Made by a program: the position numbers and the translations under genes. Below the pieces are notes generated by a model. That model ran no database searches. It was not told the origin of the DNA and saw only the letters and a list, made by a program, of their open reading frames with translations. From NCBI GenBank assembly GCA_020201035.1, contig JAIVHO010000038.1, positions 72,165-136,164 on the forward strand: a stretch of DNA of 64,000 bases, given 5' to 3'. Shown piece by piece: positions 57,614-64,000 of this stretch; the first letter of the stretch is position 1, and the number at the start of each line of letters is the position of its first letter. The DNA comes from Bacteroidales bacterium. Its GTDB lineage: Bacteria; Bacteroidota; Bacteroidia; Bacteroidales; VadinHA17.

Positions 57614-60433
57614 GTAACTGCCTGCAGAGTAATCCTTTACACATCTGAAACCCACCGTTGAGGAGCGGTCAAAACCGGGTGATACAAGCTGAAGCATTTG
57701 TGTCTTGTTAAGGGGTTGTGGTCCACCCTGGACATACCACCATGATGAATCAGGCCTGTAGTGACTCCCTCCCCTGATAATAACGAAATAGTAAGAGCCG
57801 TTAAAATATACATCATCGGTTAACTGCCACACATTTCCCACAAGATCGGCAGCACCATAAATGCTCTCCCCTTTTGAAAACGCATCAACAGGTGTTGGCC
57901 TGTCAAAACTGTTGTTGCATTTAGTTCCGTGAAACTCATTTCCCCAGGGCCACAGCCTGCCATCATTCCCCTGTGCAGCCAGTTGCCATTCTGCCTCCAG
58001 CGGCAATCTTTTACCGGCCCATTCAGCGTAGGCCCTTGCATCTTCCAGACTTACCCACACAACCGGATAGCGTTCCTGACCCTGGCGGTATACCCCGTTA
58101 ACCCAGTGTTTTAAATAATTTACCGTATCAACAGGAAAATAACCTGACTCTGTTATAAAGCGAAAGTATTGCTGATTTGTAACCGGGTAGCGGTCAATAA
58201 GAAAAGTATCAACCTCAACCCCTGAGGAGTCATATTCAGGATAGGGAATAAAATTATCGTTGGGAGTGAGATTCATCTTCACACGGGTGCCGGGTACAAT
58301 CACCATATCAGAAGGTACACTCCTGGTTGTGGCTGTCTTATGCCGTTCAGTGATCAACCACGGTATATCACCCTTAAGGGTAATAACTACCATATCTGCC
58401 AGTTCGTCACCATCAAACAACTGAATCACAGCATCACCCTGATAACTGCCAAAAAGGAATGATCTGTCAAGCAGGGTATCTCCACGGAGAGTAAATTCGG
58501 TCTTTTCCTTTCCATAGCCGGGTGTTCCCTTCCATACAACAATCTTTCCGGCCATATCTGTCGAAATTTCAAACTCACTGCCTATGTCAGTAACATGCAA
58601 CAGCTCAGGCAGCATGGCGATACAATCAACAGTGCCCTCTCTTCTGCCACCTTCAAATGATTTATTATAGGGATCGGCTGAGACCTCTACAAAATAACCG
58701 TCATCCATTTTCACAGGTTCAAGAGACCTGTTATGCCATAGGGATAACCAGTGATATCCCTGGCGGTAATCTACGGGAAGCAGATTGCCCTCAGCCCCTG
58801 ACGGATTCATATTCAGTAATGTGTAAACTGTTTTACCGGCTGATTTAAACCGGTTCACGTGCAAACCATCTTTCTGAACATCAATCAGTGGTGTCCAGTC
58901 ATTATCCAGAAATGCATCACTGTTCTCCCTGAGTATCTTCGTTGTTCTGGCAAGAAAACTGTAATCATCTGCTGTATCAAAATGCCTTCCAGGTCTGAAC
59001 ATATTAAGTTCAGAACCATAACCGTTAAAGAAAGCAACAGCAATCTCGCGATGAAGAGGAGCCTCTCCCACATCAAGCACTCTGAATATCCCGAACTCAG
59101 ATTTAATCACCTTGTTAAGGTTAAGCTCAGGGGCCATAAAAATTGCATTATGAACCCTTCCTGAAACAATACCCGGCATATCCCTGATTATTGCCATTCC
59201 CTCGGAATACATAACTACCCCTGCCCTTACGCTGTCTGCAGCTTCCTGAAGTTCATAGCTGGAACTGCCCCGGGTATCCAGAACAACACCATCTGCCTCA
59301 ATCTCAGCTATCAGGGCGGCCATACCACTTAAGGGATCTTCTGTTCTGGTACTCATATCCCAGGGATTATAGGCAATAAAAAATCTGGTTCCGTATTGCC
59401 TTGATAGTCTGGCGAAGCTTCTCAGCTGGTCAGTACCTCCCGGCAAATCACGGTAGAGATCCCACTGGTTTCTTGAGTCAACACCCAGCCTGGGCCATGT
59501 TGGCCAGATACCGTAAACATCCAGGAAGCCAAACTGCCTGTTCGACTCTCTTATCAGCTCCCCATAGTTATACTTTCTATCAAAACGATCATAAAATTCA
59601 CGGTCCCATGCAAACTGAAGCATCACCAGGTAACTCTTCCTGATCCATTTAAGGTCATCCCGCTCATAGAGGCTGTTATCAAAATCATAGATATCATAAA
59701 GATATCTGTCCCGGAACATCAGTTTAAGACCCTCATGCCACTCCCCGGCATGAATATCTCCAAAAAGTTCATAGGTAAGGGTACTTCCGGGCGGAAGAAG
59801 GGTATTGTACCTTCCCGTCACTGCTCCGTTGTTATCGCTTCTGCGGGCAATTGCTGTCACACCCATATTTTCCGAAACAGGAATGGATGAAAAGCCCGTT
59901 TCCCATGCATTATCAGGCAGTATAACCCTGACCGGACTCTTTCCGGGCCTGTGAAGCCATGCCCTTGCAAGGTTCCAGGGCCCCTTGCCTGTTATATAGA
60001 CAAAATCCTTATTCTCACCAAAAGGAATAATATTTTCTATTTGCAGGGTGTCAAATCCACCGTTCACAAATGTTATCTGTCCCTTCCATCCAGGATGTCC
60101 TCCGCCATATGATGCAAAAGTGACCCTGAGAGATTCTTCGTAATTGAGAATAAAACGGTTACCGGACAGAGTGGCGCCAACATCATCTGAGTTACGCAAC
60201 CTGCCGTTCAGCTCAAAACTGAACACCGGCACCGACTCTGCCGGGTCTATGGTTGTTGAATCCGATAAAAGGAATCTTTCAACACGTAAGCCGCCTGATA
60301 CTGAAAGCCCCAGGTTCTCGAGATTCTGCGCGGTGGTTACTGAAAACGTGAACATGGTCATCATTAAACAAAAGACAGCCGCTATGCTGAGTTTCCCTTT
60401 TGATAACATTTCGGATATATCTGCTTTTATCAT
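57602..60433 (-). CDS. secreted multidomain protein: unknown N-terminal beta-rich and TIM-barrel-like region fused to a C-terminal formylglycine-generating-enzyme (FGE-sulfatase/SUMF1) domain
   Basis: 943 aa with a signal peptide (AAVFCLMMTMFTFSVTTAQ). The C-terminal roughly 270 aa (FLIDRYPVTNQQYFRF...VSLEDARAYAEWAGKRLPLEAEWQLAAQG...WPWGN...GNVWQLT...RGGSHY...GFRCV) match the FGE-sulfatase fold. An alternative start is ATG 60409 (MLSKGKL). Confidence 0.75.
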   Translation of the reverse strand: MIKADISEMLSKGKLSIAAVFCLMMTMFTFSVTTAQNLENLGLSVSGGLRVERFLLSDSTTIDPAESVPVFSFELNGRLRNSDDVGATLSGNRFILNYEESLRVTFASYGGGHPGWKGQITFVNGGFDTLQIENIIPFGENKDFVYITGKGPWNLARAWLHRPGKSPVRVILPDNAWETGFSSIPVSENMGVTAIARRSDNNGAVTGRYNTLLPPGSTLTYELFGDIHAGEWHEGLKLMFRDRYLYDIYDFDNSLYERDDLKWIRKSYLVMLQFAWDREFYDRFDRKYNYGELIRESNRQFGFLDVYGIWPTWPRLGVDSRNQWDLYRDLPGGTDQLRSFARLSRQYGTRFFIAYNPWDMSTRTEDPLSGMAALIAEIEADGVVLDTRGSSSYELQEAADSVRAGVVMYSEGMAIIRDMPGIVSGRVHNAIFMAPELNLNKVIKSEFGIFRVLDVGEAPLHREIAVAFFNGYGSELNMFRPGRHFDTADDYSFLARTTKILRENSDAFLDNDWTPLIDVQKDGLHVNRFKSAGKTVYTLLNMNPSGAEGNLLPVDYRQGYHWLSLWHNRSLEPVKMDDGYFVEVSADPYNKSFEGGRREGTVDCIAMLPELLHVTDIGSEFEISTDMAGKIVVWKGTPGYGKEKTEFTLRGDTLLDRSFLFGSYQGDAVIQLFDGDELADMVVITLKGDIPWLITERHKTATTRSVPSDMVIVPGTRVKMNLTPNDNFIPYPEYDSSGVEVDTFLIDRYPVTNQQYFRFITESGYFPVDTVNYLKHWVNGVYRQGQERYPVVWVSLEDARAYAEWAGKRLPLEAEWQLAAQGNDGRLWPWGNEFHGTKCNNSFDRPTPVDAFSKGESIYGAADLVGNVWQLTDDVYFNGSYYFVIIRGGSHYRPDSSWWYVQGGPQPLNKTQMLQLVSPGFDRSSTVGFRCVKDYSAGSYGNR

Positions 60434-60615
60434 GGTTCCGTACCTTCTATATATTTCCGTACCTTCTATATAATATCTTAGTTTCTATATATTTCCGCAA
60501 CTTCTATATTTCCGCAACTTCCATATTTCCGCAACTTCCATATTTCCGCAACTTCCATATTTCCGCAGCTTCTATATTTCCGCAACTTCCATATATTTTC
60601 CCTGGCTTCTATATA
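60434..60615. repeat. 17-19-bp tandem repeat array, about 10 units, abutting the start codon of the FGE-domain gene
   Basis: Three 19-bp units (TTTCCGTACCTTCTATATA type, 60434-60491) are followed by six 17-bp units, TTTCCGCAACTTC(C/T)ATA (60492-60593), and a degenerate terminal unit (60594-60615). Confidence 0.95.
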
Positions 60616-60946
60616 TTCATATGGCAGGTGCTTATTCCCCCCACTGCATCGACGCAATTTACACCATACCAGCAACCCGGACAAATCATTAATTAATTTA
60701 AATATAATCCGGACTCTCAAAATCCGGTTTCCTATACAAAATTAATGCCCCGGCAGTGTCTGGAGTAATACAAAAATAATACCCTGTCAGTGGCTGAATA
60801 AACTTAACAGATATTGCTGCTTTTATTACTTTGTAACATCCCGGATTTGTGTACGTATAACTAATCAGTTTATCAACTCTTTTATTTGGTTAAAATATTC
60901 TGTACTTTTAACAACCCAGTATGGTTTCAAATTTGCTGAAAAACTG

Positions 60947-61144
60947 ATGAAACACCTTAAGTACCTCTTAATATTAATACTGATAATAGTAATGGCAGGA
61001 TGTGCATCATCCCGAAAAAATCCCTATGCCCATAAAAAAAGACACTCCTATATTAACGCAACTCAGCTTGGCCGCAACAAATATTTCTTCTCCAGGGAGT
61101 ATCAGAAGAAACTAAAGAAAACCTACAGGAAGAGGCAGGATTAA
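60947..61144 (+). CDS. small basic lipoprotein (hypothetical)
   Basis: 65-aa ORF with a classical lipoprotein signal (LILILIIVMAGC) followed by a Lys/Arg-rich tail. The short length limits confidence. Confidence 0.45.
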   Translation: MKHLKYLLILILIIVMAGCASSRKNPYAHKKRHSYINATQLGRNKYFFSREYQKKLKKTYRKRQD

Positions 61145-61152
61145 CAGGGTCG

Positions 61153-61923
61153 CTATTCACATTCAAAAGTAAGACCATCATATGCCAGTGAAACTCCCCG
61201 GGGCAATATTTTTTCAACCTCGCTGAAAAGTCCCATCTGATGACCAACATGAGTCAGAAATGCCTGTTCGGGTGATATCTGCTCAATTATCGCAACAGCC
61301 TCATCCAGATTAAGGTGTGAAATATGCGCCTCCCTCCTCAGAGCATTAATTATCAGATACCTGACTCCTGCCAGTTTTTCCATACTCTCAGGACTCACTG
61401 ATTTGGCATCTGTAATATAGGCCATCTCACCAATCCTGAATCCGAATACGGGAAGCCAGAAATGAGAAACTTCAACCGGCATAATATCTATTGATCCAAC
61501 ACTGAACGTATTACTATCAATGGTATTGAGATTCATAGATGGTGCTCCGGGATACTTATCCACAGCAAAGACATATGGATATTCCCTGATTATTGTCTCC
61601 CTCACCCTCTCGTCACAATAGATATCAACGGCCTTTCTTGTTCTGAAGTTGAAAGCCCTGACATCATCTATCCCCCCGATGTGATCCTTATGCTCATGAG
61701 TAAGCAGGATTGCATCAAGTCTTTTAACCCCATGTGCAAGCATCTGCTGCCTGAAATCGGGACCGGCATCAATAGCTATCTTAAAATCATTATTTTCAAC
61801 AAGAAGAGCTGTTCTTAACCGCCTGTCCCTATGATCTGCAGATCTGCATACCCTGCAGTCACATGCAATTACGGGTACGCCCTGTGATGTCCCTGTTCCT
61901 AAAAAAGTTATCTTCAAATCCAA
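61153..61923 (-). CDS. MBL-fold metallo-hydrolase (PhnP-like)
   Basis: 256 aa with FLGTGTSQGVP, a Cys cluster CDCRVC, and the HxHxDH motif (THEHKDHIGG). Confidence 0.8.
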   Translation of the reverse strand: MDLKITFLGTGTSQGVPVIACDCRVCRSADHRDRRLRTALLVENNDFKIAIDAGPDFRQQMLAHGVKRLDAILLTHEHKDHIGGIDDVRAFNFRTRKAVDIYCDERVRETIIREYPYVFAVDKYPGAPSMNLNTIDSNTFSVGSIDIMPVEVSHFWLPVFGFRIGEMAYITDAKSVSPESMEKLAGVRYLIINALRREAHISHLNLDEAVAIIEQISPEQAFLTHVGHQMGLFSEVEKILPRGVSLAYDGLTFECE

Positions 61924-62019
61924 TAATATTTATACTTCAAAATAAACAAAAAAATTAGTGCAACACCATGATATTTCCGCGCCTTAAGGTAATAATTACT
62001 ATTTTTACAAAAAAGCAAA

Positions 62020-62739
62020 ATGGAGCGTGGAATACTGTACCTGATTCCTGTTACACTTGGATCGGAATTATTCAGGGAGGTTCTTCCTGATGGTCTTCTT
62101 TCAGTTGCAGGGAGACTGAGATCATTTATTGTCGAGGATATAAGAAGTGCCCGCAGGTTTTTGCGGCTGATTGATCCCACCTTCCCAATTGATGAGACGC
62201 ATTTTATGATCCTGAATGAGCATACAAAAGAGGATGAGATACCGCTCCTTCTGGAACCGGTTATCTCGGGCCGCGATACTGGTATTTTAAGTGAAGCCGG
62301 TGTTCCTGGTGTTGCGGATCCGGGCTCCCGCATTGTGGCACTTGCCCACAGAAAAGGTATAACTGTAAAGCCCATGTCAGGGCCCTCATCCCTCCTGCTG
62401 GCACTTATGGCTTCCGGAATGAACGGCCAGAACTTCACCTTCCATGGTTACCTGCCCGTTAAACCTGCAGAGCGGCAGGAAGCACTGAGAATCATCGACA
62501 GACAGGCAGGGTCAGGAACTTCGCAGCTTTTTATTGAGACCCCTTACAGAAACCATAAGCTCCTTGCAGATATACTGAAGTACTGTGATAATAATACCAG
62601 CCTGTGCATTGCTGCTGATCTGACACTGGAAACAGAATATGTGGTTACCAGAAGAATAAAGGAGTGGAAGGGTAATATGCCCGATATTAACAAACATCCT
62701 GCAGTGTTTATTCTTGGCAGAGAGGAAAACCATAATTAA
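62020..62739 (+). CDS. SAM-dependent methyltransferase of the tetrapyrrole-methylase fold (RsmI-like)
   Basis: 239 aa. LYLIPVTLG...VEDIRSARRFL...SEAGVPGVADPG...SGPSSLLLALMASG...FHGYLP...ETPYR is colinear with RsmI-family proteins as I recall them. Confidence 0.7.
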   Translation: MERGILYLIPVTLGSELFREVLPDGLLSVAGRLRSFIVEDIRSARRFLRLIDPTFPIDETHFMILNEHTKEDEIPLLLEPVISGRDTGILSEAGVPGVADPGSRIVALAHRKGITVKPMSGPSSLLLALMASGMNGQNFTFHGYLPVKPAERQEALRIIDRQAGSGTSQLFIETPYRNHKLLADILKYCDNNTSLCIAADLTLETEYVVTRRIKEWKGNMPDINKHPAVFILGREENHN

Positions 62740-62940
62740 CATATTATTAAACACACTTGCTATCCTGTTCTGATAGCATAGTTTTGTTTAAATTGCCGGT
62801 AATCATGAAGGGAAGTTTATATTTCGGCTGAGTGGTTGAGGATTGCAATTCAATAATTTTAAATGAAACGAGCATGAATATACTTATCACCTGTTTGCTG
62901 CTGATGTTTCATCAGACCTGAAACCATAAATTATATACAG

Positions 62941-64000
62941 ATGAAGAAATCACTACTATTTGGCGCTGTAATTGGCCTGATTATGTCATCCTTTCAATCA
63001 CCTGCACAGACAGTGGATATGGATCTCTTTCATGGCATGCAACCCCGGAATGTGGGTCCGGCCGGAATGAGCGGCAGGGTTACTGCCATTGCGGTTGAAC
63101 CGGTAAACACCGAAGTATTTTATATCGGTACAGCATCAGGAGGACTATGGAAAACCACCTCGGGGGGCATTCAGTTTGAGCCCGTCTTTGATAAAGAGGC
63201 AGTTGCTTCAATAGGGGCGCTTGCCATCGACCCATTACGCCCTGATGTTGTCTGGGCCGGTACAGGAGAAGGTAATCCCAGAAACAGCCTTACAGGCGGA
63301 TACGGAATCTACCGGTCACCGGATGGCGGACTTTCATGGGAGTTGAAAGGTCTGGAGGAGACAAGGCATATCCACAGGATACTTGTTAACCCCGTTAACA
63401 GTGATATTGTATTTGCAGGAGCAATAGGATCACCCTGGGCACCCAACAGCGAAAGGGGTGTTTTCAAGACATCCGATGGCGGAAAAACCTGGAAGCAGGT
63501 GCTCTATACAAATGAGAGATCAGGGGTGGCAGATATGGTAATGGATCCATCAAACCCGGATAAGATTCTCGTAGCCATGTGGGATCACCAGAGATGGCCA
63601 TGGTTCTTCACATCAGGCAGTGAGGGTTCAGGAATCTACATGTCGCTTGACGGTGGTGAAACTTTTTCCAGACTGGAAAAGGGACTGCCGGAGAAGATAG
63701 GCAGGGTTGGGCTGGCAATTGCAGCAGGAAGACCTGACTACATTTATGCATATGTTGAATCGGAAAACAATGCTATCTACCGCTCAACGGACGGAGGGTT
63801 CACCTGGGAGAAGCGTGGAACAGAGAGAATTGGAACAAGACCATTCTATTATGCTGAGATACACGTTGATCCATCCAATGAGAACAGGTTATTCACTCTT
63901 TTTTCAGGAATCAATATGAGCGAAGATGGTGGCCTCACATTCCCCTACTCCATCGCCCAGACCGTTCACCTTGATCATCATGCATGGTGGATGAACCCGA
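62941..64000 (+). CDS. BNR/sortilin-Vps10-like repeat protein (secreted), N-terminal part; continues past the right edge
   Basis: Not in the ORF track because there is no stop in the window. I translated 62941 to 64000 by hand without hitting a stop. It has a signal peptide (MKKSLLFGAVIGLIMSSFQSPAQT) and repeated S-x-D-x-G-x-T-W blocks (SPDGGLSWE, TSDGGKTWK, SLDGGETF, STDGGFTWE, SEDGGLTF). Confidence 0.8.
   Translation, partial: MKKSLLFGAVIGLIMSSFQSPAQTVDMDLFHGMQPRNVGPAGMSGRVTAIAVEPVNTEVFYIGTASGGLWKTTSGGIQFEPVFDKEAVASIGALAIDPLRPDVVWAGTGEGNPRNSLTGGYGIYRSPDGGLSWELKGLEETRHIHRILVNPVNSDIVFAGAIGSPWAPNSERGVFKTSDGGKTWKQVLYTNERSGVADMVMDPSNPDKILVAMWDHQRWPWFFTSGSEGSGIYMSLDGGETFSRLEKGLPEKIGRVGLAIAAGRPDYIYAYVESENNAIYRSTDGGFTWEKRGTERIGTRPFYYAEIHVDPSNENRLFTLFSGINMSEDGGLTFPYSIAQTVHLDHHAWWMNP

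Noticed and set aside
60400-60720. ORFs 60400-60696 (+) and 60478-60720 (-)
   Set aside because: They run through the 17-bp array, whose period is not a multiple of 3, so the peptide cycles through frames. They are artefacts of a stop-poor repeat.
61914-62438. 174-aa minus-strand ORF overlapping the RsmI-like gene
   Set aside because: It is antisense to a gene with clear family colinearity, and its composition is Ser/Arg/Pro-rich.
62864-62880. 15-nt identity (ATGAAACGAGCATGA) between this spacer and the distal end of element copy A
   Set aside because: A single 15-mer match is within chance expectation for a 64-kb window searched on both strands, and the flanking sequence does not align.

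Overview
This 64-kb window reads as core chromosome of a Bacteroidota (Bacteroidia-like) bacterium. The evidence is gene content, a TTTG/TAnnTTTG-type promoter upstream of rpsF, and the rpsF-rpsR-rplI arrangement. I count about 50 tightly packed protein genes on both strands, almost all housekeeping: a pta fragment, ggt, a PiT phosphate transporter, rarA, kdsA, queA, truA, aroE, folD, ffh, argS, ligA, dapA, secA, dnaX, ridA, an LptD-like protein, an Amidase_3/SPOR amidase, an MlaD-like protein, dnaA and galK. There is also a type-A RNase P RNA gene that the ORF track hides under a spurious ORF. Two edge-truncated genes are missing from the track: pta at the left edge and a sortilin/BNR-repeat protein at the right edge. 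I found no transposase, integrase, phage, CRISPR, toxin-antitoxin or recognisable defence genes, so I cannot point to a novel multi-gene system. The unusual part is the non-coding repeat architecture. (1) A 140-bp intergenic element occurs as a 91 percent identical inverted pair around the lptD-like/amidase module. Each copy ends exactly on the ATG of an outward-facing gene, and a third, diverged copy sits upstream of a LolA-like gene. (2) A 17-19-bp tandem array of about 10 units abuts the start codon of a secreted FGE-domain fusion protein. (3) A stop-free 15-bp array of about 9-10 units lies between an Smr-domain gene and queA, with a degenerate relic 17 kb away. (4) Short tandem duplications straddle the stop codons of several genes (rarA, folD, the FGE-domain gene, the Memo-AMMECR1 gene). 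Protein-level oddities are a RarA that appears to lack its AAA+ lid subdomain, a Memo-AMMECR1 fusion with no radical-SAM partner nearby, and an orphan SiaC-like (DUF1987) protein. All functional readings of the repeats are hypotheses. Identities and coordinates were counted by hand.
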